From: Bacillota bacterium
GTDB taxonomy: Bacteria > Bacillota > JAAYKD01
Length of the DNA stretch: 64,000 nt
Reading direction: 5' to 3'
Assembly: GCA_963666425.2 (NCBI GenBank)
Contig: OY762825.2
Span: 1,120,001 to 1,184,000 of the forward strand
Part shown: in pieces, positions 9,743 to 24,463 of the stretch
How positions within the stretch are numbered: the first letter of the stretch is position 1
Layout: the number at the start of each line of letters is the position of its first letter
The notes under the pieces: generated by a model
What the model was told of the DNA's origin: nothing
The model's input: only the letters and a program-made list of their open reading frames with translations
The model's database searches: none
Translations under genes and position numbers: made by a program

Positions 9743-9860
9743 GCCCGGCAGTTACCTACTCTCCCGGAAGGTTGCCCTTCGAGTACCATCGGCGTGGGAA
9801 GGCTTAACGGCCGTGTTCGGGATGGGAACGGGTGGATCCCTTCCGCTATCGCCACCGGAC
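9743..9860 (-). rRNA. rrf: 5S rRNA
   Basis: Reverse complement contains CACCCGTTCCCATCCCGAACACGG and GGGAGAGTAGGT; follows the 23S gene. Confidence 0.95.
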
Positions 9861-10009
9861 TATCTCAAGAATGTGGTCTCCCACACCCTGAAAATTGCAT
9901 AGAGAAGTCAGTATTTGTCTTTCATTCGTCTAGATTCATTACTCTGCCGCATCTCGTATTTCTTTTTGCGTCGGGCTTACAACCTCACTTGCTTTTCGCA
10001 AAGCCGTTT

Positions 10010-12981
<2,972 letters not shown>

Positions 12982-13294
12982 TTTTCTCTACTTTGCGCGA
13001 AAGTTTTATTCCCACCATGTCGCCATGCCGGGTTTTATTCTTTCAGTGAAGTTGTTCCCTTCACTTTTTAATTTACTTCCTACGACTTTTCATAAATCCT
13101 TCGTTTGTTTTACTTACTGTTTTAAAAGATTTGCTATCTTTCTTCTCTATGCAATTTTCAAGGTGCAAGTTTTTGAGGCAGGTTTTTCAAGCTTTTTGTT
13201 GTTGAAATCCCTGAGAACTAAACAGCGATTGATTGACTGACGAAGCGGATCCGGTATCGATCTTAGAAGTTACCTTCTTTATGAAAGTGCTCCC

Positions 13295-14812
<1,518 letters not shown>

Positions 14813-15074
14813 TTTCTATTGCAGAGCTAATCTAGCTCTTATTTACGAAATTTTCGTCTTTCGACTACTGGCTTCTTTTTGCATATCTTACGATACGACT
14901 TTTTGTAACCCCTTCGATTTCTTGTCACGCACATGACAAGTCCTCTTCGGTCACTCGTTTTTGAATTGACCGGTTCTTGTTATCTTCGTCTTTTTTCTTT
15001 CGCTGTTTAGTTCTCAAGGATCTGTGTGCCCTGATGAGACTTTCCATTTACGTTTGTCTCAAGAGTGCTTTTTA

Positions 15075-15103
15075 ATAATACCTGTTTTCAAACCCTTTGT
15101 CAA
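15075..15103 (-). promoter_or_regulatory. rRNA operon sigmaA promoter
   Basis: TTGACA (15103-15098)-17bp-TATTAT (15080-15075). Confidence 0.8.
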
Positions 15104-15214
15104 GCATGTTTTTCTATTTATTCTGTGGGATTTTGCTTGCCCGGCAAAGCTACAGGAAAGCGACGATCACAATTTTCGTAAATGCAAGAAAAATCAGGAG
15201 AAGAAACTATAAAT

Positions 15215-15838
15215 TCACAGCTTCAATTCCGGAAAATGTTGGTTATCCACGAGTTCACGATATTTTTTTACGATATTTTGCAGATCCAACCACACATCTT
15301 TCTTTAAATTCTCATTGCGCAGCAGTGCAGCCGGATGATAAGTAGCAATCAGCCAGGTTCCCTGCTTCTCAATCCATTGACCTCTGCTCTTGGTGATACC
15401 TGCCTGTGGATCCAACAGCGCATGCAAAGCAACAGCACCCAAGAGGACAACGATTTTTGGACGGATGCGTTTAAACTGTTCTCTTAAAATAGGCAGACAA
15501 AGCTGATATTCTTCCGGCAGGGGATTACGGTTCTGCGGCGGACGGCATTTGACGACATTGGTGATATAAACATTCTCCCGCCGGGAAAAGCCACCGGATG
15601 CCAGGATGCGATCGAGCAACTGCCCGGCCTTGCCAACAAAGGGCTCGCCAAGCCGATCTTCCTCGGCGCCCGGACCTTCACCGATCCACATGATTTTGGC
15701 GTTGCTTTTACCAACTCCAAAAACAACCTGCTGACAACCGGCCCGCAAAGGACAATTGCTACAAGTCAGTACAATTTGCTCCAAAGCTTGCAGATCATCG
15801 GCTTGTTTGATTTGATTGTAGAAAATTTTTTCTTCCAT
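15215..15838 (-). CDS. Uracil-DNA glycosylase family 4
   Basis: CSNCPL Fe-S motif, IGEGPGAEED, PFVGKAG, NVVKCRPPQNRNP, TYHPAALLR. Confidence 0.93.
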   Translation of the reverse strand: MEEKIFYNQIKQADDLQALEQIVLTCSNCPLRAGCQQVVFGVGKSNAKIMWIGEGPGAEEDRLGEPFVGKAGQLLDRILASGGFSRRENVYITNVVKCRPPQNRNPLPEEYQLCLPILREQFKRIRPKIVVLLGAVALHALLDPQAGITKSRGQWIEKQGTWLIATYHPAALLRNENLKKDVWLDLQNIVKKYRELVDNQHFPELKL

Positions 15839-15909
15839 CGTTCAACCTCACGAAATAGAATTTTCCTGCCGATTGCGAAAATTTTGGAGATTACTGCCAG
15901 GGATCGTTT

Positions 15910-16416
15910 CTACAACAGACGAGCAGTATCCTCTTTCTGCAGCACGCTGCAGAAAATACCAGTCAAATGCTCCGCCGCTCGCTTTACTTCCTCACAAATT
16001 ATAAAACCTTGTTCTGTCGTTTGCGGTTGAATCCCGATACAGATGATTTCACAATCGATCTCCAGCGCAAGGTATTGGAACATAATCGGCAGCGGCAGCA
16101 TATGAGTCGAGAACGTCAGCCCTTCAATTTCCTCCGGGTCAATGAAACGAATTTCACCGATAGGAAGACCCAGCTGTGCGGCGTCAATCACCAGCAGCAA
16201 ATCCGGAGCAAATTCTTTGATTACTCCGGTAAAGTTCTCCGGCGCTGTTGAGCCGGCGATCATTAAAAATCGATCACTTTTGATCCGCTTGCTAAGCTGT
16301 TCAATCAGATACATGCCAACTCCGTCATCCGAGCGCAAGACAGAACCCACGCCGAGTATCGCTGTTTTTTGGCTCTTCGACAGTTTTTCTTGCAGCAGTG
16401 TACTCAATTCTTTCAT
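15910..16416 (-). CDS. Hydrogenase maturation endopeptidase (HycI-like)
   Basis: GVGSVLRSDDGVG, APEN, VIDAA, FSTHMLPL; last gene of the hydrogenase operon. Confidence 0.9.
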   Translation of the reverse strand: MKELSTLLQEKLSKSQKTAILGVGSVLRSDDGVGMYLIEQLSKRIKSDRFLMIAGSTAPENFTGVIKEFAPDLLLVIDAAQLGLPIGEIRFIDPEEIEGLTFSTHMLPLPIMFQYLALEIDCEIICIGIQPQTTEQGFIICEEVKRAAEHLTGIFCSVLQKEDTARLL

Positions 16417-16778
16417 AACGTAACCGTTAAATCCTCTTTTTTACTCGAAGCAAAATCTACATTCTGTGAATAGGACAGACTATGCTTAGGACAGGTATCG
16501 ACGCACTGACAGCAAAAGATACAGCGCCCCAAATCGAGGATCGCTTTCATTTTTTTATCTTCTTTGCTGCCTTCGTTGATGATTTTGATCGCACCTGTCG
16601 GACAATCACGCATGCACATCAGACAGTTGATGCATGAAGAAGCATCATAATTGATGCGGCCATGGAAATTCCGCTCGAGTTGCGGTGCCCCTTTGCCGGC
16701 ATAAGAGATTGTTGCGGGCTTATGGAATAAATTCACCAAAGCCTCCAGCGTAATCACGCCGGGTCTCATTTTTGCCAT
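16413..16778 (-). CDS. 2x[4Fe-4S] ferredoxin-like hydrogenase subunit (NuoI/EchF-like)
   Basis: CINCLMCMRDCP and CIFCCQCVDTCP. Confidence 0.9.
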   Translation of the reverse strand: MAKMRPGVITLEALVNLFHKPATISYAGKGAPQLERNFHGRINYDASSCINCLMCMRDCPTGAIKIINEGSKEDKKMKAILDLGRCIFCCQCVDTCPKHSLSYSQNVDFASSKKEDLTVTL

Positions 16779-16779
16779 C

Positions 16780-17721
16780 TTATAATACCCCCCGAATCAA
16801 AAGATTGAATACCACCTGCAGCAAAGCGACAGGTGTGAGATATTTCCAACAGAACCGCACGATTTCACTGATCACGAGTCTTGCCATGGTTGCACGCATC
16901 AAAGTTAATAAGAAAAGCCCGAACAGAGTCTTTGCAAAATACAAGAGGAGGTCGAGCCAGAAGATCCCGGTCATAAAAGGCAGATAAACAGCTGAGAAAA
17001 GAGACAAAATCAACACCAATTCACAATTTGAAGCCAGTTTGAAGAAAGCCAATAAACGGCCGCCATACTCCACTAACGCACCGGATACAATTTCGGTTTC
17101 CGCCTCCGGAGAGTCAAAAGGAGCACGTTCCATTTTACATTGGAAAGAGACCAGCGCTGTCAACATACAAGGAATATTGATCAAAGCATAGAGCGGATGA
17201 GCAGCATAGTAAGCAGCAATACCGCTGATCGACCAACTGCCGGACAGCAGAGTTGGAGCCAGTAGAGAAATGAAGAGAGGTACTTCATAAACAAACATCT
17301 GCGTCAAAATACGCGTTGCACCCAGTGTAGCAAAAACGCCGCGGGAATACCAACCGGCAAGAAACATGGCAAGGGTCGGAATCGCCAGAAAGTAAAGCAC
17401 AATGATCAGATCACCGCTAAAAGAAAATACGGCGTGCATTCCGAGCACCGGCACATATAAAAAAGCGGAAGCGACTGCAGACAGCGACACAATCGGCATG
17501 CTGCGGAACATACTTTCATCAGCATCAGCCGGAATGATCGTTTTCTTACCGATCAATTTCAAGAAATCAGCAAGCGGCTGGTACCAGGGCGGACCAATTC
17601 GATTTTGCATACGGGCATAGAGCTTGCGGTCGGCAAATTCCACGAAGAAACCATAAACAGACAGAAACAGAAATCCCGGCAGGATCAATACTTTACTAAG
17701 GACAGCAAGAAATTGAATCAT
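16780..17721 (-). CDS. Membrane subunit, NuoH/EchB/MbhM-like
   Basis: DRKLYARMQNRIGPP, QPLADFLKL, RAPFDSPEAETEIVSG. Confidence 0.92.
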   Translation of the reverse strand: MIQFLAVLSKVLILPGFLFLSVYGFFVEFADRKLYARMQNRIGPPWYQPLADFLKLIGKKTIIPADADESMFRSMPIVSLSAVASAFLYVPVLGMHAVFSFSGDLIIVLYFLAIPTLAMFLAGWYSRGVFATLGATRILTQMFVYEVPLFISLLAPTLLSGSWSISGIAAYYAAHPLYALINIPCMLTALVSFQCKMERAPFDSPEAETEIVSGALVEYGGRLLAFFKLASNCELVLILSLFSAVYLPFMTGIFWLDLLLYFAKTLFGLFLLTLMRATMARLVISEIVRFCWKYLTPVALLQVVFNLLIRGVL

Positions 17722-17739
17722 AGATACAGTTCCACCCCT

Positions 17740-18945
17740 CTAAAGCTTCAGCGTTGAACAGTCAACACCTTGCTTTTTATACCAATCAATACTGTATTGG
17801 CGCAAGCCCCGCCAATCCGTCAGTTTTGTCTTGTTTTCCGATTGGATCACGATAGCGCGATCTGTACAGGAATAGCAGGGATCAATGGCGGCAATGGTAA
17901 TCGGTACGTCGGCCAAATTACCGCCTTCCAGCATATGCTGCATGCCATGCCAATTTGCCTGCGAAGGTGCCCGGACACGAACTCTGTCCGGCATATCGCT
18001 GCCATTGGAGCGAACATAATGAATCACTTCTCCGCGCGGAGCCTCTAAACGAATCAATGCTTCGCCAGCCGCTACTCTGCGCGGCACTCTCACAGTGATG
18101 GGGCCATCCGGCAGGTTTTTAATGCAAAACCGAATGATTCGTAAGCTTTCCTGCATTTCTAAAATACGGACAACCGTCCTGCCATAAACATCGGCGCCCT
18201 GATCGGTAGCCACCTTGACAGGAAAATCTTTATAGGCGCCATACGGTTCAATCACACGCATATCTTCCGCAATTCCGGCTGCTCTTGCGACCGGACCTAC
18301 CGCGCCAAAGTGGATAGCGTCTTCGTAGGATAATTTACCTACACCGACGAGCCTTACGGCTAAGGTGGATTCACTCAAGGCGAGATGCAGATAGCTCTTG
18401 ATCTCCTCTTCCAATGTATCGACGGTGCTGAGAATTTCACCATTGATGATTTCATCAAAATCCCGGCGGACACCGCCAAAGGTATTGACACCATAATTGA
18501 CGCGGTTGCCGCCCACGGTTGCTAATAGGTTCAGAACTTTTTCTCTGTTTCTCCAGGTATACATAAACATCGTGTCAAAGCCGATTTCATGAAAAGCAAT
18601 CCCGAGCCAAAGCAAATGGCTGTGCAGCCGTTCCAATTCAGCAACCACCACACGAATATATTCAGCCCGTTTCGGCGCGCTGATGCCATTCAGTTCTTCA
18701 ATTGCCATACAAAAGGCAGTGCTGTGGACGTGAGAACAAATCCCGCACACCCGTTCGATGATATAGAGATCCTGAATATAAATCCTGCTTTCACAGGCTT
18801 TCTCGAGTCCGCGATGGTTATAGCCGATGCCGATGATGGCATTGGTCACTTTTTCCCCTTCCAGGGTAATCGTAAAGGTTGCCGGCTCTTCCAGAGAAGG
18901 ATGCTGAGGTCCAATCGGGACCACTATTTGATTTTTTTCGATCAT
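17740..18945 (-). CDS. Group 4 [NiFe]-hydrogenase large subunit (EchE/MbhL/HycE-like)
   Basis: IGPQHP, HRGLEK, L1 motif ERVCGICSHVH and L2 motif DPCYSCTDR followed by a cleavable C-terminal tail. Confidence 0.95.
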   Translation of the reverse strand: MIEKNQIVVPIGPQHPSLEEPATFTITLEGEKVTNAIIGIGYNHRGLEKACESRIYIQDLYIIERVCGICSHVHSTAFCMAIEELNGISAPKRAEYIRVVVAELERLHSHLLWLGIAFHEIGFDTMFMYTWRNREKVLNLLATVGGNRVNYGVNTFGGVRRDFDEIINGEILSTVDTLEEEIKSYLHLALSESTLAVRLVGVGKLSYEDAIHFGAVGPVARAAGIAEDMRVIEPYGAYKDFPVKVATDQGADVYGRTVVRILEMQESLRIIRFCIKNLPDGPITVRVPRRVAAGEALIRLEAPRGEVIHYVRSNGSDMPDRVRVRAPSQANWHGMQHMLEGGNLADVPITIAAIDPCYSCTDRAIVIQSENKTKLTDWRGLRQYSIDWYKKQGVDCSTLKL

Positions 18946-19448
18946 TTCTGTTCCTCCTTTTCCAGCGGCGGTTCATAAGTCATCGTGTTCCGATTAAAAT
19001 AGTCCGGGTTCCATTCTTTCCGCATTGGGTAGTTGCCTTCCGGCCAGCCATCGGCCAGCGGATAGGAAATACCCTCCGGCAGGCCCTCAACAATCACGCC
19101 GAATAAACTGATTAATTCGCGCTCGTGCATCATCAGGCAAGGGTATAAATCAGATAAAGTGGTCACAACAGGATTCGTTTTTGCAACACTTTCCCGCAAG
19201 GCCAGCAAAATAAACTCCGAGTTTGACAAAATATAGAGAAGCCCCAGATTTTCACCATCGTCAGTCCCTACCACATGGTGGCCCCGGTGAAAATCCAATT
19301 CGTCATGCACGAAAGCAATCACCTGCATAAATTCGTCTCGGCTTAAGGCCTCTGAAAAAATCCGTTTCGCCCTTTTAGCAGTGATGCGTCCTTGTAAAAA
19401 GGGAAACCTCTCGCAAAGGATTCGGACAATTCTTTCTTCATTTTCCAT
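18942..19448 (-). CDS. NuoC/EchD-like hydrogenase subunit
   Basis: HERELISLFGV...GWPEGNYPMRKEW, matching the complex I 30-kDa family. Confidence 0.85.
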   Translation of the reverse strand: MENEERIVRILCERFPFLQGRITAKRAKRIFSEALSRDEFMQVIAFVHDELDFHRGHHVVGTDDGENLGLLYILSNSEFILLALRESVAKTNPVVTTLSDLYPCLMMHERELISLFGVIVEGLPEGISYPLADGWPEGNYPMRKEWNPDYFNRNTMTYEPPLEKEEQK

Positions 19449-19932
19449 CCTGCTCGCCTCCTAAATCGTTCGGTTTGTTTGGGGTCTTCCCGTCGTCGGT
19501 GCTGCCGTGCAGCAACTTATCAACCGCATTCAGAATGGTTTCCGGGCGGACAGAACAGCCCGGCAGATACATATCAACCGGGACAACGCTGTCTATGCCT
19601 CCGATCACACTGTAACAGCCGTCAAAAATGCCGCCGGTACAAGCGCAGGTTCCGATTGCGATCACAAATTTTGGTTCCGACATCTGATCATAGATCTGAA
19701 TCAAACGCTCCTTGGTCTGCAGAGTGACGGCGCCGGTACACAACAAGACGTCCGCGTGGCGCGGACTGCCTTGTTTGGTAATTCCGATGCGTTCCAAATC
19801 ATATCTTGGTGTCAGGGCATCAATTGTCTCAATATCGCAGCCATTACAGGCTCCTGCATTGAAATGAATGATCCAGGGAGATTTCCCTGTTCCCCATTGG
19901 ATTGCTTTTTGTAGTATGTTCAAATTTTTCAC
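19438..19932 (-). CDS. [NiFe]-hydrogenase small subunit (NuoB/EchC-like)
   Basis: ACNGCDIE, SPRHADVL, AIGTCACTGG, PVDMYLPGC. Confidence 0.93.
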   Translation of the reverse strand: MKNLNILQKAIQWGTGKSPWIIHFNAGACNGCDIETIDALTPRYDLERIGITKQGSPRHADVLLCTGAVTLQTKERLIQIYDQMSEPKFVIAIGTCACTGGIFDGCYSVIGGIDSVVPVDMYLPGCSVRPETILNAVDKLLHGSTDDGKTPNKPNDLGGEQDGK

Positions 19933-20255
19933 CTCTTAAAGACCATCAAAATCGTTAACATGCCGGTTACGATGTAAGCGATTGGCAGCAGACTGGCTTC
20001 GGCGGGAGCCGTTGCCACAACAAGAATCATGACATGAACCACCGTGAAGACAAAAGCATATTGGAAAAACTGACTGTAATCCGGATTAACATAGTTTTCA
20101 ATATCCCGCTGCCCGCAGGCATAAGCATCCAAGGCGCGTTCGTCGAGCGGTGATTTATTAGCATAATGGGATAACCATCGCGAAGACAAACTTAGCAGGA
20201 AGAAAAAGAAAACGAAAAGAACCGGTGGTGAAAATAAGATTGCTTCCATATTCAT
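19929..20255 (-). CDS. Small membrane subunit, NuoA-like
   Basis: Three hydrophobic segments and a YACG loop resembling NuoA YECG; operon context. Confidence 0.6.
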   Translation of the reverse strand: MNMEAILFSPPVLFVFFFFLLSLSSRWLSHYANKSPLDERALDAYACGQRDIENYVNPDYSQFFQYAFVFTVVHVMILVVATAPAEASLLPIAYIVTGMLTILMVFKR

Positions 20256-20257
20256 TC

Positions 20258-20563
20258 CTACCCTTTCAATTGCGTTAAGTTACGGATATCCATGTTGCCG
20301 TACTTATGATATAAACCGATTGTCACCCCAGCCAAAACTACCGCCACCACCACTTCCAGAACAATGGCTGTAATCACATAAGCCTGCGCCAATCCCATAT
20401 GGCCGTTCATATATCCGGCGAAAATCAAAAACATCGTTCCCGCCTTCATGGCGATTTCAATTCCGATAATGATTTTCAGCATATGATAGGAACGAATCAA
20501 ACAATAACAACCGATCAGGATCATTAAAAAACCAACAATCAACATTACTGTTTCAATTGTCAT
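20258..20563 (-). CDS. NuoK/MrpC-like membrane subunit
   Basis: Three TM segments, KIIIGIE, LEVVVAVVLA, DIRNLTQLKG. Confidence 0.85.
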   Translation of the reverse strand: MTIETVMLIVGFLMILIGCYCLIRSYHMLKIIIGIEIAMKAGTMFLIFAGYMNGHMGLAQAYVITAIVLEVVVAVVLAGVTIGLYHKYGNMDIRNLTQLKG

Positions 20564-21048
20564 TTTGCTTCCTCCTTCAGTAAGACGACGACTGCAATCC
20601 CACCGATCAGAATTGCAGTGATTTGTCCGAGGATGTCGGCACTGCGCGTAGTCCAGAATACACTTTGAAAATCCTCCATCGTGCTTTGAGCGAGCACTGT
20701 AAGGTTGATATCCTTGGTTAATGCCACCGCAACCACGGTAAATCCGCCAAAAAGCAGAACATACGGCAAATAAGCCATGCGCTTTTTATCATCATAAAGC
20801 TTTTGCACATCTTCTTTTTTCATATTGGATAAGCTGATCGAGCTGATAAATACGACAGTGACTAACCCAGAGCAGACTGAAACTTCGAAAACAGCTGCCC
20901 AGGTTGCCCCCAAAAGAAACATGACTACAGCAAGGGCAGCGCTTGCCGCAGCAAGATAGATCGCCGATTTTAGAATACTGCGGGACTTCACCGCCATGAA
21001 ACAGAAGCTGAGAAGAAAAGCCAAGCTGATATAAATAATTGTATCCAT
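20560..21048 (-). CDS. NuoJ-like membrane subunit
   Basis: About five TM segments; AAVFEVSVCSGLVTVVF; lies directly upstream of the NuoK-like gene. Confidence 0.7.
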   Translation of the reverse strand: MDTIIYISLAFLLSFCFMAVKSRSILKSAIYLAAASAALAVVMFLLGATWAAVFEVSVCSGLVTVVFISSISLSNMKKEDVQKLYDDKKRMAYLPYVLLFGGFTVVAVALTKDINLTVLAQSTMEDFQSVFWTTRSADILGQITAILIGGIAVVVLLKEEAK

Positions 21049-21081
21049 ACGTTACCTCCTATCTGCATACGCTGAGCGCAG

Positions 21082-22545
21082 TTATACCAAGTTGAGAGAT
21101 TGTAAATATAACAGGATCAACGGAAATAGGATCCCAGCTACTGCAGTGATCGCTGTCAATAAAATCTCCGCGAATTTTATGCTGCCTTTAATCTCACTGA
21201 CAGAAGCAAGTGCTGCAGGAGTTTTACCAAAAAATACTTTTTTCTGCAAGCGGAGAAAGTAGGCTGCGGTCAATATACTGACGCACAAGGCAAAGCCGCC
21301 TAGGATTCTGTGATCGGTGTTCCACAAAGCTGTTATGATCAGAAATTTACTCCAAAATCCCAGAAAAGGCGGAATCCCCGCCGTGGACAGAAAGGCGATG
21401 ATGGAAGAAAACGCTGTCACCGGCATGCGGTTCTGCAAACCACCCATTTCATTGATATCCAAGGTGCCAGTCTGCTCATGCAGAGCGGCGGCGTTAGCAA
21501 ACAGAGTCGATTTAAAAGTAGCATGACTGAAGACATGCGCCACAGCGCCGACTAGTCCCAACGTGCTGCCTGTGCTGAGCCCAAGCAGAATATATCCCAT
21601 TTGGCTCACACTGGAATAGGCGACAATTCGCTTAAAATGGTCCTGCCGCAAAGCCAACAGCGCTCCTGTAACAATGGACAGCATACCCAAAACCGCCAGA
21701 GAAACCTGAATTGCCTGCACGCCGGCAAACAATTGGGTCAGAACAACAAAACTATAAATTCCCGCTACCTTGATCACGATACCGCTCAGCAGCACCGATA
21801 CTGAGGTGTCGGCGCTTTGATGCGCATCCGGCAGCCAACTATGAAACGGAACGGCACCTGTCTTGATAGCAAATCCGGCCATCAAGAGAATCAGCGCAAA
21901 ATACAGCATCGTATTGAGGGGATGCGGCGCAGTTTTCAAAAGACCGCTGTTGATCACATCATAGGACAAGCTGCCCGTCTGCATGAAAATAAAAGAAAGT
22001 CCGGTCAGGATGAAAATAGTCGCCAGTGCAGAGATAACCAAGTATTTAATTGAGCCTTCTAACCCGGTTCTGGAGCGGAATAAAGCGATCATCACAAAGC
22101 TGGAAATACCCACAACATCCAAGAAAACATAGAGCGAAAATAAATCGCTAACCAGCAGCATGCCATTCATGCCAATTAATAAAGTCATCAGAAGATTGAC
22201 ATAGGAGCTTTTATTGGCGTCAATAGTTCGTTTCGCGATCAGCACAGAGATAAAAGAAACTAAACCGACGCAGAAAAGGAAAACCAAAGCAACCGCAGTC
22301 AGATGAAACACTCCCGCCTGCTGGCTGTTTGCTTTACCCAAAACAGAAAAAGTGTAGGCGCTAAAATGGTTCTCCGACATCAGGTAAAAAGCAGCTGCCA
22401 CAGCCAACATCTGAAAGACGGTAACCGCACCCGCTAAAAGATGAAATTGATTCTCGATCCATTTCTTTGGCAGAATATTATTCAAAATGATCGCAGCTAG
22501 CGGAACAAGAATAAAGGTATTCGCGATATAATCCAGATAATTCAT
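21082..22545 (-). CDS. Antiporter-like subunit (NuoN/MrpD family)
   Basis: IKTGAVPFHSWLPDAH, KRIVAYSSVSQMGY, AGIPPFLGFWSK. Confidence 0.9.
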   Translation of the reverse strand: MNYLDYIANTFILVPLAAIILNNILPKKWIENQFHLLAGAVTVFQMLAVAAAFYLMSENHFSAYTFSVLGKANSQQAGVFHLTAVALVFLFCVGLVSFISVLIAKRTIDANKSSYVNLLMTLLIGMNGMLLVSDLFSLYVFLDVVGISSFVMIALFRSRTGLEGSIKYLVISALATIFILTGLSFIFMQTGSLSYDVINSGLLKTAPHPLNTMLYFALILLMAGFAIKTGAVPFHSWLPDAHQSADTSVSVLLSGIVIKVAGIYSFVVLTQLFAGVQAIQVSLAVLGMLSIVTGALLALRQDHFKRIVAYSSVSQMGYILLGLSTGSTLGLVGAVAHVFSHATFKSTLFANAAALHEQTGTLDINEMGGLQNRMPVTAFSSIIAFLSTAGIPPFLGFWSKFLIITALWNTDHRILGGFALCVSILTAAYFLRLQKKVFFGKTPAALASVSEIKGSIKFAEILLTAITAVAGILFPLILLYLQSLNLV

Positions 22546-22594
22546 AGTACCCTCCCCATAGCCAAATCAGTCAGGCAAATTGCTAACGATTTCA

Positions 22595-24463
22595 TCATGG
22601 CAGCGTGATTAAAAACAACAGTGTAATCAAAGCAAGCCCAACAATTGCCAAAGTCAGGTAACGGGGTAGGCTGCCGTTGTCGAAACGATGGAGAGCCGTT
22701 CCGACTCCTGTAACCAAACCGGGAACCCCAACATCATATATCCAACTCACACCGTGTTCTATTTTTTCACAAACAAAGGAAAAACCGCCTGTGATTGCCA
22801 GCAACCAACGATACGGATCAAAAATTCCATTTTCTGCCCATTGGTAAATTTGTTTCAATCCTGCTGCATTATGAATATGATCGGCCGCGGCCAAAGCACT
22901 GCCTGTCTTCTTCGCTCCGTAAATGTGGTCAGCCACTGCCAGGCATAAGGCAGCCACTGAGATCGCAACCAACAAAGCGGAATGAGGCCAGCCGGAAAAA
23001 GATTCTTCATAGCCTAAGACTGGTCCTAACAGATGATCGAGCGGCAGAGAATTTCCCACCCCGAAGAGCAGACAAAAGGCAGCCAGAATAACGATTGGAA
23101 TTAACATACCCGGCTTCGTTTCTTTGATCTCCTTTTTGCCTTTTGGCAGCTGCAGTTTACCAAAGAATAAAGAGCGTCCGATCTTCAAAAAGGACAGAGC
23201 CGTCATCAAAGCACCCAACAGCGCTCCCAGGTAGAAAACAGGATGGATCTCCAAAGCCGCATCAAAAATCAATTCTTTCGAGAAGAAACCATTAAACCCG
23301 GGAAATCCTGCAATGGAGAAGGCAAAAATCAGAAAACAGAGCGCGGTAATCGGCATTTTTTTGCGTAAACCACTCAACTGATGTAGATCAGTCGTGCCGG
23401 TATTCCGTTCAATACTGCCGGAAATCATAAACAAGCCGGTTTTATAGAGCACATGATTGACCAAGTGGAACAAACCGCCAATGATACCAACCGGAAGACC
23501 CGATCCAATCCCCAAGACCATATAACCGAGCTGGCTGATCGCATGATAGGATAAGAGACGTTTCATATCTTTCTGAATCAAAGCCATGGCGACGGCGAAA
23601 ACAATGGTGACCGTCCCTACGCTCATCATGATGATACTCATTAGACCACCGGGCACAAAATCATAAACACCTAACACAATTCTGGCGGCAAAATAGATGC
23701 CCAGTATTTTTTCTAAAGACGCCGGAAAAGCGACCATGAAAACAGTCGGTGCGTCATCAGAGGCATTTGGTATCCAACTGTGAAAAGGCATGCTGCCTGC
23801 TTTGCCAATAGCACCGAACATCAGGCAGAGGAATCCCAAAATGCCGATACCTTGAATCGGCAGCTTGCTGATTTGGCTAAGATTACCTGTTCCCGCCAGA
23901 TAAGTGGTGAGAATGATACCAAGCATCAGCAATAGATCTGCTGAACCGGAAATCGTCAGCGCTTTGACTGCCGCAGCGGGATGCTCCTGATTGTTGATCA
24001 AGAGAATTCCAAACAAAGTACAAAGAAGCCCTTCCCAGAAAAACAGCATGATGCCGAGATGATCGGCGAGAATTGCCCCGTTAATCAAGGCAAGACTGAG
24101 ATAAAGATAGAAGAGGTAGAGCCCCTGAAAAGATACACGGCTTAGATTGGCTACTGTATAAAGAGCAATCAGACAAAACATGGCTGCCGTAAATGTCAGG
24201 AAAAACGCGGAAAAGGCATAGGAGCGCAGAGAAAATTCAAAACCGAAGGCCGTAAACGGCAGTTTCGCATAAAATTCAGCAGTTGTATACAAACTGAGCG
24301 AAAAAACCAGATTTGCAAACGCTGCCGCTGCCGCGGTGACTGCCTGCAGGACCGCTTGCTTGCGGAAGAGCCAGAGCAAGATACCGCTGACGATCGGCAG
24401 CCCGACCATACAGAGCAGAAGATTACTATTCAGTTTTAGAAATTCAGCGATGACATGCAGCAT
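22595..24463 (-). CDS. Antiporter-like subunit (NuoL/MrpA-D family, long form)
   Basis: GKAGSMPFHSWIP, KRLLSYHAISQLGY, GFFSKELI; NuoL-like C-terminal extension ending DNGSLPRY plus a TM segment. Confidence 0.9.
   Translation of the reverse strand: MLHVIAEFLKLNSNLLLCMVGLPIVSGILLWLFRKQAVLQAVTAAAAAFANLVFSLSLYTTAEFYAKLPFTAFGFEFSLRSYAFSAFFLTFTAAMFCLIALYTVANLSRVSFQGLYLFYLYLSLALINGAILADHLGIMLFFWEGLLCTLFGILLINNQEHPAAAVKALTISGSADLLLMLGIILTTYLAGTGNLSQISKLPIQGIGILGFLCLMFGAIGKAGSMPFHSWIPNASDDAPTVFMVAFPASLEKILGIYFAARIVLGVYDFVPGGLMSIIMMSVGTVTIVFAVAMALIQKDMKRLLSYHAISQLGYMVLGIGSGLPVGIIGGLFHLVNHVLYKTGLFMISGSIERNTGTTDLHQLSGLRKKMPITALCFLIFAFSIAGFPGFNGFFSKELIFDAALEIHPVFYLGALLGALMTALSFLKIGRSLFFGKLQLPKGKKEIKETKPGMLIPIVILAAFCLLFGVGNSLPLDHLLGPVLGYEESFSGWPHSALLVAISVAALCLAVADHIYGAKKTGSALAAADHIHNAAGLKQIYQWAENGIFDPYRWLLAITGGFSFVCEKIEHGVSWIYDVGVPGLVTGVGTALHRFDNGSLPRYLTLAIVGLALITLLFLITLP

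Noticed and set aside
9067-9902. ORFs with repeated peptides such as RTPAVSCRRPMRSRMRRRKD
   Set aside because: Translations of the palindromic repeat in several frames; no RBS; variation follows base-pairing rather than codon position.
17740-18945. NiFeSe hydrogenase or NADH dehydrogenase NuoD
   Set aside because: L2 is DPCYSC with Cys codons and no in-frame TGA; both CxxC motifs and the hyp genes show it is a true [NiFe] enzyme.
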